A stretch of 64,000 bases of DNA from a virus (lineage: Duplodnaviria; Caudoviricetes), in the IMG/VR virus record IMGVR_UViG_3300021426_000064, positions 1 through 64,000 of that record. One strand, given 5' to 3'. Below, one piece after another: positions 9,541 through 19,212 of the stretch. How positions within the stretch are numbered: position 1 is the stretch's first letter; every line of letters begins with the position of its first letter. Position numbers and translations under genes: made by a program. Under the pieces are notes generated by a model. The model saw only the letters and a list, made by a program, of their open reading frames with translations, did not search any database and was not told the origin of the DNA.

Positions 9541-9600
9541 GGCATTCACCTCCTTTCAGGTAGTGCCAAACAATCTGTGCTGGCATGAGCACATTATGAA

Positions 9601-9628
9601 GCCCCTAAGCCAATCAAGACTTAGGGGC
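9601..9628. terminator. Hairpin, probable terminator
   Basis: GCCCCTAAG...CTTAGGGGC inverted repeat just after the ORF 9639 stop. Confidence 0.55.
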
Positions 9629-9638
9629 TCTTAATATG

Positions 9639-10415
9639 TTAATGCCGTTTGCCTACGATGTAGACCTTGCGGCCTGCATCACGGAGACGCGCAACTAAAT
9701 CGCGCACCTCCTGGCTGGACTGGTAGAACCAGTCCTTACACCAAACGGCTACTATGCGCGGCCGTTTAATGAAAAACTCAGTGTGATCCCACTGAGCTAG
9801 GTCGAGCTCATCACGCGTCGTAAAGAGCCCGTTGGCCCGGTAATCTTCCGGGTCGAAAATTCTCTCTCCGCTATCGGAGAGAGTGGACCAAAGGTCCATA
9901 TTCGAGGCAATAGTTACTTCGCCTCGAACGAAGAGGCCGAAGCCTCCGATTTTCTGCGTCTTCCACGAGGCGCAGACTTCTCCTTCGATACTCTCGAAGG
10001 AGTTAATTGCCTGCTCTATTTCAAGAGCAGACTTACGGCCGGCGAAACCAGTCGCTAGGCCATGGCTGTAAACAGCCACTTGAAGGAGGCTGTCCGGTTT
10101 CATAGCCTCCTTTAATTCTTGTGCCTCACAATCGGGGCACTTGCTGTCCATTTTTATATGGACAATAAATTCTTCGTTGCATTTAGCAACGAAAAGGAAT
10201 TCTCCCTCCTCTGGGAGATATCCGCTAAATATTTTTCTGTGCCCACACTTATGATGGGCACAGACCTTTGCATTCAGCTGGCCAACCAGCCAGCCGGCGT
10301 CCTCCTCATCTAAGAGATGGACGGGGAAATCACGCAACTCACGTTGCGCGAACTCTAATTTTTCCTCCAGTTCGTCATTAAACAAATCTTCGAAATCAAC
10401 AAATAAAGTAGCCAT
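9639..10415 (-). CDS. Hypothetical protein with possible Zn ligands
   Basis: 258-aa ORF with CAHHKC and CPDC. Confidence 0.7.
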   Translation of the reverse strand: MATLFVDFEDLFNDELEEKLEFAQRELRDFPVHLLDEEDAGWLVGQLNAKVCAHHKCGHRKIFSGYLPEEGEFLFVAKCNEEFIVHIKMDSKCPDCEAQELKEAMKPDSLLQVAVYSHGLATGFAGRKSALEIEQAINSFESIEGEVCASWKTQKIGGFGLFVRGEVTIASNMDLWSTLSDSGERIFDPEDYRANGLFTTRDELDLAQWDHTEFFIKRPRIVAVWCKDWFYQSSQEVRDLVARLRDAGRKVYIVGKRH

Positions 10416-10796
10416 GATAGGCCTTTCCGCCCTCTCGGACTCGGCACTTTTTCGTTAAAAGATGGTAGTATGCCTATGGGGCACGACGGCCCGTCACTAC
10501 CGTATAAATAAAATCCCGCTCCTCCCTGGGCTAATATGCCAGGTTCAGGATCTTCACCAAAATACTAGGTACTCCCGGAAATTTTTCACAAATTTCGTTC
10601 CCCTATAGGAAATTTGACATTATCAACTATCTGCCAAAAATCGCCGCCCGCCCTATAAGGCCATAAGCCTTCCTCTCATGGACACCGGCAAAATGATTGC
10701 CGGCCTGCCTGCATGTTTGCTTGCTTAATTATGCGTTCAGATGTATAATAAGGGGTAAGAATAAAATGGTTATTTGCACAAAAGGAGGCGTTTGAC

Positions 10797-11216
10797 ATGG
10801 GTGTTGATTGGGGAGAATATTATGGCACCGAAGACCCAAACGAAATGAGCGCCATGATTGGCAAGGGCGGGATGACCACGCATATTGGCCGGAAAACTAA
10901 AAAGAAGACATATTCCACTGAAGAGGCTGCTGCAATTGGTTGTGTAGAAGCCATCGCAGAATTTGATAAAAAGAATTCGAACGCCAAGATAACTGAAAGG
11001 AATCGCCTTGCCTTTCACGCCTCCTTCCCTATAATGACAATGATTGACGCTGTGCGCGATATTGAGCATGAAATCTCATACGAGGAACGACAAGCTCTGG
11101 AAGACGAAATAATCGAAGCAATATATCAACACAATAAGCACATGGAAGATATTCTTAACAGATGCAAAGAAATAAAACGTAAGGCTAAAATACTGGATAG
11201 TAAACTTCCGTTTTAA
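10797..11216 (+). CDS. Hypothetical protein
   Basis: AGGAGG RBS. Promoter TTGCTT-17-TATAAT at 10721-10749. Terminator-like IR at about 11229-11287. Confidence 0.7.
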   Translation: MGVDWGEYYGTEDPNEMSAMIGKGGMTTHIGRKTKKKTYSTEEAAAIGCVEAIAEFDKKNSNAKITERNRLAFHASFPIMTMIDAVRDIEHEISYEERQALEDEIIEAIYQHNKHMEDILNRCKEIKRKAKILDSKLPF

Positions 11217-11534
11217 ATAAGCACAATAAAAAGACAGACACTTCCAAGACTACCAATCGGAGACATCTTGAAACTGCCTGTCTTTTTATATATCGCACAC
11301 GCTTTTGCCTGTCTATTAATTTTCAGAATATTTCATCTTTATTCTATGCACTGCGGGCGGCAATGATAAATGATTAATCTTCAACAATCTTCCTGCCATA
11401 AACAATATAAATCATACCAAAAGCAAAATAAAATAATATCAGAACCTCTGTTGTTTCCGCTACCCTATTGTGTAATATCGGCCATAGAGAAGGAAAATCA
11501 AATACAACTACACAAAAGGGGTAAAGTTACAGAA

Positions 11535-12248
11535 ATGAAAAACTCAACCACCAAACAGTTCGGCGACAAACAAGAATTCAGCTTAAAGGACGTTCGTGAG
11601 CGCGACGATATGTACAACCGTTTCGACGCAAAACAGCGCACATATTTCCATGCAATCAAGGAACATGTGTTTACGTTCTGTGAAGCCACCACCGGTAGCG
11701 GCAAGACCACAGTATCCATCGCGGCAGCATTAGATTTACTAGCAAACGGCGAAGCCGACCGAATTGTCTATGTACGCACTCCTGATGACCGAAGTCTTCG
11801 TCTTGGATTTCAGCCGGGGACGCTCGAAGAAAAATGCGCAATCTATTGGGGGCCTCTTTGTGATGCACTATTAACACTTGGCATTACACCAGACATAGCA
11901 GTCCAAATGGTTAATCTTGGGCTTCTGGTAGAAACCACGGACATCTCTTTGCGGGGTGTTAATTTTAGTCGAGCCGTAGTTGTATTTGACGAAATCCAGA
12001 ATGCGGATGTGGAAACCATGCGCACTGTATTTACCCGCTGTCACGAGAATTGTCATATTGTAGCCGCCGGCGACCGTAAACAGCACGACAATAAAAAGAT
12101 TGACGACGAGTTCTATGAGTACTGTATGTTCCTCGCCGAATCCGCGATGGGTAACAAATGCGAACTCACCCACAATTATCGCGGTGCTTTTAGCCGGCTG
12201 GCCGAAAGTTATGTCGCTCGCAAAGACAGAATTAAACAGGCCGCGTAA
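11535..12248 (+). CDS. phoH: PhoH-family ATPase
   Basis: ATTGSGKT, LGFQPGTLEEK, LRGVNF...VFDEIQN, TRCHENC..V..GDRKQHD. Start moved to ATG 11535. Confidence 0.9.
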   Translation: MKNSTTKQFGDKQEFSLKDVRERDDMYNRFDAKQRTYFHAIKEHVFTFCEATTGSGKTTVSIAAALDLLANGEADRIVYVRTPDDRSLRLGFQPGTLEEKCAIYWGPLCDALLTLGITPDIAVQMVNLGLLVETTDISLRGVNFSRAVVVFDEIQNADVETMRTVFTRCHENCHIVAAGDRKQHDNKKIDDEFYEYCMFLAESAMGNKCELTHNYRGAFSRLAESYVARKDRIKQAA

Positions 12249-12971
12249 AAATCATCCCAACCCGCTCGCTATTTTTTCTAACAGACAGTCTTTCATTATA
12301 CCCCTCTAAAACGCAAAATATGAGGGGTGTTTTATTTTTGACGGCACTTTACCGGTTGAACACCTTTTCATCGCGCTACGTTAAATCTATGGGGCCTATA
12401 GAGAAGATTTCAGGTAAAGTTCTGAAGGCAGGTAAGCGGCGCGGGCCGAATCTAAAAAATTTTAGAGCTTAAGGATCTTATGCGTGTATCTTCCCTATAG
12501 AGAAGAACAATAATAAAGTATTATGATTAACCTTCAACATAAGAACGTAAGAAGAACATTGTAGGTAGGTTATATATGGGACATATAGATATATACCACG
12601 GACAATATCTTACTGCAAACATGATAGCATCTGTTATATGGGGATACATTGTATTTGCGGTAGGTAAGAAGACGATAGTTCTATAGGGGACAATATGTAA
12701 GAAGTCACCATTATAGACAGTTTTTTTGTAGGGGCACATTGTTGCGCATGAGGACGTAGAACATCTTTCGGCGGCACGGGGCCGGGCATAGAAGCTGCTG
12801 ACAGGGGAAGTTGAGGGGGCGGCGACCCCCTCAGTTGCTGCTCTAATAGCAGCGGCTTTAATAGCATTTAAGAAGTTCTCATTGACATGTACGAGCAGGT
12901 CAGAGTAAAATAGACAATACAAAAAGCCTCGCACCGGCAAATACCGTGCGAGGCTCAGGAGGAATTAAATA

Positions 12972-14966
12972 TTGAAAATCAGAGTTAAACAATTGGCGCA
13001 TAAATTCGTACAAGCTGGCGCCAAATCTCACCCCTTCACTCGCCACTATTACCGCGATAACAGCGATAAAAACATTTTGGCGAAGTACAGGGAAAAACAT
13101 AATAACACGGAAATCTACGAAAATTTGTACACAATGACTGTGGAAGATGATGCCAGCAAAGATGCGAAATCCATCTGGCAGGCAAATAAAGAACAGGCCG
13201 TTCTTACCGGAGACTTTGTTGTTGACCTAGATCTGCACGGCGCCGGCGACAAACCGGAAGCCTACGATGCTGTTCGCAATGATACCATTGGCGTTGTAAA
13301 ACGTTTATGTCAGCTACTTCACATCACTGAAAGCCAGATGAAGATATACTGGAGCGGCGGTAAGGGATTCCACGTTGTAGTTCCATATGCAGGTTTGCTA
13401 TCAGCAAAGAATCTGAACAAAGGATATCGCAGACTGGCACAATGGCTTAATCGCTACTACAAGACGATTGATCTGACATTGTACGATGAACAACGAGTCT
13501 GCCGCATCCCCAACTCTATCCATGGTAAGACAGGGATGTATTGCGTTCGTGTATCTTGGGAACAGCTTCAGAGTATGGATCTGATACAAATGATGCAATG
13601 GGCCTTTAACCCCCGTCCAGATGAAGACGTCTTCTTAAACGAAAGCCACGTAAGAAGTGTGTTTGGTTCAAATCTAGAACGGCTCTCAGGCCTTATACTA
13701 CGCGGGTTGAAGGGTAGTAGGAAAACTAAAAAGAAACAACCCCGTACAATAACCGTAGAAGAGAGAGAGGGTGTTTTTCAGAGTATTTTCAGATTCAAAC
13801 AACCAGGTGTGATTTCCGAGTCTGCCGTAAAAATGTCGATTCCCCAAGCAATCAAATATGTTAAGAGCTCTATTGACATGGAAGAACTTACTGGACTGCA
13901 CGGACAATTTTGTGACATTTTTCACGAAGAACAAACACCCTCTTCTTGTTGGCTACGCCCTAACGCAAACCATCGTAATTGGATTTACAAATGCAGTTCA
14001 GCGTCTGCAGAGCTTACAGTTGATTCTATTGGTTTTACAATGTGTTGCTTGCACTGCACCACTGTAGAAGCCCTTGAGCATCTCTGCTCTAAAGCTAATA
14101 TCAAGCTTGTGCACAACGAACATGGTAAAGACATTCGGGAATTTATACGAACGAATAAGTTAGCTTACAAGAACCTTAACAGGATAAAGGGTGCCCATAA
14201 CTTAATCGGTAAGGTTCTCAAAGGTGCTTACGACGAATGTTGTGCTGACGTTCAATACATGGCTGAGCACTATAACATGAATAAACATGGTGACGATATC
14301 TATGGCTCTGTTAGTTCCCGTTATTTATCCAAGAGACTAGGAAATAAGAATGATCATTCGTCTTCGTGCAAGAAACTAATTTTACTAGCCAGTTTAGGTC
14401 TTGTTAAACGTTTTACGGATGAAGATCTCCCTTTCTACGATACTTTAAGAAGGATGCCTTTTTATAAAAAATGTATGAGAGAACATTATGGTTGCACGAT
14501 TCAGTTTTACAAATTAGCTGACCTTAGCAATAAAGAAGTACGCAAGGTTATCCGAGATAGAATCAGAGCATGGGTAGACAAAGGATCGCCCATTAAGAAT
14601 ATCAATCGTCAGGTTATCTCTGATGTATTCGGGGAAGAAATAGCTTCAGATGTCTATGCCAAGCACGATGCTTTAATGGCTAAGCGCGCATCCGTAGCAA
14701 GTAAAGTCACAGAGGAAACTGAGGTAATCGCTATCGACAATATTGAAGAACAATGGCGCTTGGAAGAGGTTGAATGGCTTAGAAAAGAAATGCGTGAAAA
14801 TGCCAGACGGCCAATGTTTGATGATTGGGTATTTGTACCTGCTACTGTAGCAGCGCCTCCCAAGACAAAAGCCGTCAAAGCTCCAAAATCGCGTACAGGC
14901 GCCGCGAAGCGCACTGCCCCATATACTTATATGCCTCAGAGCTTACAGGGGTGTCAGGCAGCCTAA
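12972..14966 (+). CDS. Archaeo-eukaryotic primase (PrimPol) with a CHC2-like Zn finger and a C-terminal domain
   Basis: VVDLD, WSGGKGFH and RVCRIPNSIHGKTG (AEP). CDIFHEEQTPS...YKCSS...DSI (CHC2-like). Confidence 0.8.
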   Translation: MKIRVKQLAHKFVQAGAKSHPFTRHYYRDNSDKNILAKYREKHNNTEIYENLYTMTVEDDASKDAKSIWQANKEQAVLTGDFVVDLDLHGAGDKPEAYDAVRNDTIGVVKRLCQLLHITESQMKIYWSGGKGFHVVVPYAGLLSAKNLNKGYRRLAQWLNRYYKTIDLTLYDEQRVCRIPNSIHGKTGMYCVRVSWEQLQSMDLIQMMQWAFNPRPDEDVFLNESHVRSVFGSNLERLSGLILRGLKGSRKTKKKQPRTITVEEREGVFQSIFRFKQPGVISESAVKMSIPQAIKYVKSSIDMEELTGLHGQFCDIFHEEQTPSSCWLRPNANHRNWIYKCSSASAELTVDSIGFTMCCLHCTTVEALEHLCSKANIKLVHNEHGKDIREFIRTNKLAYKNLNRIKGAHNLIGKVLKGAYDECCADVQYMAEHYNMNKHGDDIYGSVSSRYLSKRLGNKNDHSSSCKKLILLASLGLVKRFTDEDLPFYDTLRRMPFYKKCMREHYGCTIQFYKLADLSNKEVRKVIRDRIRAWVDKGSPIKNINRQVISDVFGEEIASDVYAKHDALMAKRASVASKVTEETEVIAIDNIEEQWRLEEVEWLRKEMRENARRPMFDDWVFVPATVAAPPKTKAVKAPKSRTGAAKRTAPYTYMPQSLQGCQAA

Positions 14967-15146
14967 TAGAGGCCTTAGGATTTATTTTACACGAACAGAA
15001 TATGTAAGAAGTAAAAACGTATAAGAAGTTAACCTTGTATATGTCTAGGCCCACCCCCTATTTATGGGAATACTATAACCTAGCAACGGTAATACTTGCC
15101 TTGAAGCTATGTAGTTCGGAGACAAAAACAACGGAGGAATAAATAC

Positions 15147-15488
15147 ATGGATAATAATACTACAGCAGAGCAGGCGCAGGATCTTAGCGAAGTTGTTATC
15201 GTAAAAGAAGCCGGCATGGATGCGCCATATAAGCTTGAAGATGCCAGCATTGAATTTGACATAGCAATTTCTGATGCGGGCGATCTGATTTTCAAGGGCG
15301 GCCAGCTTACTACCAGCTACTTCATTCAGAATACCGAGCTTGATCACCTTGAAACCTGGAGATACTTTATTGAGGGTGTAAAAATCAAGAACATGCATAT
15401 TTCTACCAAGCTCGATAAGATTACTTACAATTTTAGCGCGAATGGCTTTGTAGACTATACAGTTAGTGCGGAGGAAGACAATGGCTGA
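15147..15488 (+). CDS. Hypothetical protein
   Basis: GGAGG RBS. First gene of the late cluster. Confidence 0.7.
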   Translation: MDNNTTAEQAQDLSEVVIVKEAGMDAPYKLEDASIEFDIAISDAGDLIFKGGQLTTSYFIQNTELDHLETWRYFIEGVKIKNMHISTKLDKITYNFSANGFVDYTVSAEEDNG

Positions 15489-16212
15489 GGAAAAAGAAAC
15501 AGATATAAAAGCGCCCACAGCTGCAGAAGTTGAACTTGAGGAAAATCAGCGCAACTATGACAGGATGATGGCCCGGCTTAAAACAAATGTCTGGGGACAT
15601 AGCCAGAAGGGGCTGCTCGCACTCAAGGCAAGTATGCAGCAGCTCTCGCTTAAGACAGGGATGTATGCCCGTATTCCAATTTATTGTAAGGGCGAAGGCT
15701 GTCCTTACAATGAATCCTGCCAGTTATATTTTGATGGGCTTGCACCGGTAAATGAGCCTTGCCCTCAGGAAGTTGCTTTGATTGGCCGTAAGGTTGCTCA
15801 GTATACTGACGAATTCGATCTGGACAAAGATGATGCCTCCCCCACCGATAAAGCGCTTGTAGAAGAAATTATCCTTATGGAAGTTTCCATGGAAAGATGT
15901 AAGGCGCTTATGTCACAGGAGGTAAACCCGATCCAGAACGTTGCAATCGGACTTAGTGAAGAGGGCGAGCCGATTTATCAGCCGCAGGTATCCAAAGTTG
16001 TGGAAGCCTATGAACGTTTTTCCAAAAAACGTAATGCGGACTACAATCTCTTAATGGCTACTCGCAAGGACAAGAAGAAAGACATTGAAGAAGAAAAGCA
16101 GGCTGACATCTATTCGATTATTGAGGAAGCTCAGAATACTGAGGGATTCTTTGATATGGATAAGCGGCCGGATGTTCAGGATGCTGAATTTACGGAAAGC
16201 GGGGAAAAATAA
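15481..16212 (+). CDS. Cys-motif protein, candidate terminase small subunit
   Basis: CKGEGCPYNESC...CPQE, helical C-terminus, located upstream of terL. Function inferred from position only. Confidence 0.4.
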   Translation: MAEEKETDIKAPTAAEVELEENQRNYDRMMARLKTNVWGHSQKGLLALKASMQQLSLKTGMYARIPIYCKGEGCPYNESCQLYFDGLAPVNEPCPQEVALIGRKVAQYTDEFDLDKDDASPTDKALVEEIILMEVSMERCKALMSQEVNPIQNVAIGLSEEGEPIYQPQVSKVVEAYERFSKKRNADYNLLMATRKDKKKDIEEEKQADIYSIIEEAQNTEGFFDMDKRPDVQDAEFTESGEK

Positions 16213-16532
16213 TGAGTGCCAGTGCGGAAGCCATAAATAAAATTGGCACTGCTGCCAGCGGCGTTTTTAACTTCATGAAAGAACCATGGGTGAAAGGTTA
16301 TAAATATGCTACTGGCGAAGGGCCAAAAACATGGAAAGGTTTAGCTAAGGAAGCCTTTGGTGGTGCTGAAGGAGATTTAACTGCATTTAAGGTTGGCGAC
16401 GAACGTTATAACGGTGCTAAGATTGCCGGCGCCTTAGGTGGGCTTGGTATCGGTTATCGTTTTGCCTCTGGCGGTGGCGCCTATAGAGATAAGAATGGCA
16501 ACACAGATATTGCGGGTATACCCTTTATTTAA
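16212..16532 (+). CDS. Small Gly/Ala-rich protein with a hydrophobic segment
   Basis: ORF coupled to the previous stop. Confidence 0.65.
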   Translation: MSASAEAINKIGTAASGVFNFMKEPWVKGYKYATGEGPKTWKGLAKEAFGGAEGDLTAFKVGDERYNGAKIAGALGGLGIGYRFASGGGAYRDKNGNTDIAGIPFI

Positions 16533-16550
16533 AACTCGGAGGTTATGTGA

Positions 16551-16922
16551 ATGGGTATTACTGGCAGTATTTTTAAGAAAGCCGTGGGCGGCGTTAAAGC
16601 GTTTGATAATACCATGACCAAGGCGGCGGACAAGGTTTTGCAGGCTCCCGGCAAAATCATCAGATATGATGAGTCTGGATTTCCTATAGGACTCAATAAA
16701 AAAGGTAAGGCTGTTCTTATTGGGGCAACAGCTGTGGGTTCGGCAGCCAGTGCATACAATGAGAATGAACGTAAGCACTTAGGAACTATCGATAGTAGAA
16801 TAGTCTCCCCTACTCCAGATTATTCTGTTTACCGTAACGGCTCTACCCTGTCCGCTCCGGGCGGTGCAGACGGTTCCCTTGTATTTGCTTTGGATAAAAC
16901 TAAGAATGGGGGCTTCTTATAA
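16551..16922 (+). CDS. Small Gly/Ala-rich protein
   Basis: GGAGG RBS. AVLIGATAVGSAA hydrophobic stretch. Confidence 0.65.
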   Translation: MGITGSIFKKAVGGVKAFDNTMTKAADKVLQAPGKIIRYDESGFPIGLNKKGKAVLIGATAVGSAASAYNENERKHLGTIDSRIVSPTPDYSVYRNGSTLSAPGGADGSLVFALDKTKNGGFL

Positions 16923-16924
16923 TC

Positions 16925-17377
16925 ATGGGGATTCCATCTAAGATCGTAAACAAGATGTTTAAAAACAGTAAAGGTGAATGGAGTAAAATGGCTATGGCCG
17001 GAACGGCGGCCAATTTATACTTCGGCGCGTCAGAGTATGCAGACAAGCGTGCCGAAGGAGATGGCGTTGTCTCCTCTGCCATTTCTGCAGCTGGAGATAT
17101 CGCACTGGGTATTCTTGCTCCTATGCCGTTATATATGGGGGCTATGATGGCCCCTGCACTTGCTGAAGGGGCCGTGGATGCATACCATGCCTTAGACCAG
17201 TACGGACGCCAGTTGAAATCACAGCGGCGAAACCTGCCTTTTCAGAATGCTACCTTTGTAGATTCACAACAGACATATACGATGCGCCAGGCCGGCATGA
17301 ACCTTGCACGGCAGGGACAAATGGCCGCGCAACAGACTTCAATGGGTAACGAGGCATCAGCCTTTGCCCGTTATTAA
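16925..17377 (+). CDS. Ala/Met-rich membrane-associated protein
   Basis: Hydrophobic core IALGILAPMPLYMGAMMAPALA. Confidence 0.65.
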   Translation: MGIPSKIVNKMFKNSKGEWSKMAMAGTAANLYFGASEYADKRAEGDGVVSSAISAAGDIALGILAPMPLYMGAMMAPALAEGAVDAYHALDQYGRQLKSQRRNLPFQNATFVDSQQTYTMRQAGMNLARQGQMAAQQTSMGNEASAFARY

Positions 17378-17397
17378 AAACTCGGAGGTGAGAAAAA

Positions 17398-18369
17398 TTG
17401 GCTAATAAAAAGAATAAGCAAAGACAGACGGCTGCCAATTCGACACCGGCACAACCGCCGAAGCCTCATGCGTTAGATGAAATAATAAAAGCCTCAACCA
17501 ATAAAGTTGGACAGCTTAATGAAAAAGTGGCTGATGAAAACTTCTCGAAATATATGCGGGAGCAGCAAAATTATTACGATACTCAAGTCGATAAAAAATC
17601 AATGTCTTTTGGCGAGTATCTTGGTAAGGCTAATGAAGGCGCCAGTACCGAAGCTTTTAATCGTCTCGATGATTTTGCAATGAGAACTCAAGTTGCTAGA
17701 AACAATGTACAGGCAAACATTGAACGTTACCAAGGCAAATTAGAAAGCATTGGAGATACCTCAAAACTAGGATACACTGAACTGCGGGAGCATTTTAATC
17801 AAAAACAGTTGTCTTCAATTTCAAAGCAAGCGGCACAGCAAACTGGAAAAACTTCATTGATGGAAGGTATGAAGAACAAAATTGGATACGTGAAAGCCGC
17901 AGCGAAAGACCATGCATTTAATTTATTTGGGGGTGGAAGCGCAGAGAGAATGGATGATACTCATCATTACAGAGACCAGTTCAAAACTCAACAAACGCTA
18001 AAACGTATAGATAAGACCCGTCAAACAGAAGAAAATATCATGCGCGAGAGATTGGATAAGAAGAAGGCATCGCTTCAGCGCGCGGTAGATTCTCACAACG
18101 ATCTTATGAAAAATATAGACAACTATGATGTTAAGAGTATCAATGCAGCTCAGACTGGGAAAGGGGCTTTTACTGCTGCAGCACACAACTCAAAGGCTGC
18201 AGCAATGTCGAAGAAAGCCGCCTCTAAGAGCTTGGGCTGGAAAGGTAAGGCCGGTGCTGTAGCAGGTCTACTTGCTCTTGGCGGTATTATCGGTAATCAG
18301 TTCGCGGGCGGCCATAAATCTAATGCTGAGCTCTACAACCCCAACCCGCAGCCACAGTATTACAGCTAA
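17398..18369 (+). CDS. Coiled-coil protein with a C-terminal TM helix
   Basis: TTG start after GGAGGTG. AGAVAGLLALGGIIG near the C-terminus. Confidence 0.7.
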   Translation: MANKKNKQRQTAANSTPAQPPKPHALDEIIKASTNKVGQLNEKVADENFSKYMREQQNYYDTQVDKKSMSFGEYLGKANEGASTEAFNRLDDFAMRTQVARNNVQANIERYQGKLESIGDTSKLGYTELREHFNQKQLSSISKQAAQQTGKTSLMEGMKNKIGYVKAAAKDHAFNLFGGGSAERMDDTHHYRDQFKTQQTLKRIDKTRQTEENIMRERLDKKKASLQRAVDSHNDLMKNIDNYDVKSINAAQTGKGAFTAAAHNSKAAAMSKKAASKSLGWKGKAGAVAGLLALGGIIGNQFAGGHKSNAELYNPNPQPQYYS

Positions 18370-18496
18370 GTAAGATGTTTCACGCGTTTGCCAATGTTGC
18401 ACGCTCTGGAATCCGCATAATTATTAGCTTGATGTATTTTATGTATTGCATTTTTCAAGTTTTCATGGTAAAATAAAAGCCATGGAGGTGAGGATT

Positions 18497-19090
18497 GTGA
18501 ACCCGCATCAACACTCACATGGCGGTGCCCGTCCCGGTGCAGGCAGGCCAAAAAAGAAAGCGCGTGACTTACAGAAAACACATAGCATCCGGGCTACAGA
18601 TAAAGACTGGAAGGAAATTCAATTGGCGGCCAGAACCATCAAGGCGTGTTCTTCTATAGATAAACGCCCACGCATTTTTATGCTCACTGACGATGAACAA
18701 GATAAGGTAAACCAATTCCTTCTAAATGGCCTTATCGAGGCTTGGCAAAATGCGCGCTGGGGTGAACCAGATACTACACCTCCACCCCAACCACCTCTAC
18801 TACAGGAGCAAAAAGAAATAGAGATAACAAAGCCTCGCAATTTTAGCGAGGAAGAAGCAGTATCTATATTTCTTGAATACTATCGAACTAACCCCATTGA
18901 ATCCGTATCTCTCATTCAAAGCAAACTTGAGCAAGAACAGCGAATTCGCGAAGCCAGAGAACGGCGGCAGCGGCAATCGGCAACAATGGATAAGTTCGAT
19001 GAGAGGATGCAGGATGCTATGGACTCTATCGATGATATAAATGAACGCATAGCAAAAATGTTACAATTTCCTGGAGCCGGTACGAAATAA
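18497..19090 (+). CDS. Putative DNA-binding regulator (GGARPGAGRP motif)
   Basis: GTG start after GGAGGTG. HGGARPGAGRPKKK. Own promoter TTGCAT-17-TAAAAT at 18446-18474 and terminator at about 19074-19110. Confidence 0.65.
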   Translation: MNPHQHSHGGARPGAGRPKKKARDLQKTHSIRATDKDWKEIQLAARTIKACSSIDKRPRIFMLTDDEQDKVNQFLLNGLIEAWQNARWGEPDTTPPPQPPLLQEQKEIEITKPRNFSEEEAVSIFLEYYRTNPIESVSLIQSKLEQEQRIREARERRQRQSATMDKFDERMQDAMDSIDDINERIAKMLQFPGAGTK

Positions 19091-19212
19091 TATCGTATCG
19101 GCTCTTTTTTATGTCTGACAATAGGGCAAATAAATACACATTGCCGGTAATACGGGGAATGAGTTCCTTAATAGCCATTCCCCTTTTCGTAGTGCTATGG
19201 AGGAAAACTTCT

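Noticed and set aside
12527-12940. Minus-strand ORFs in the spacer before the primase
   Set aside because: No RBS and atypical composition.
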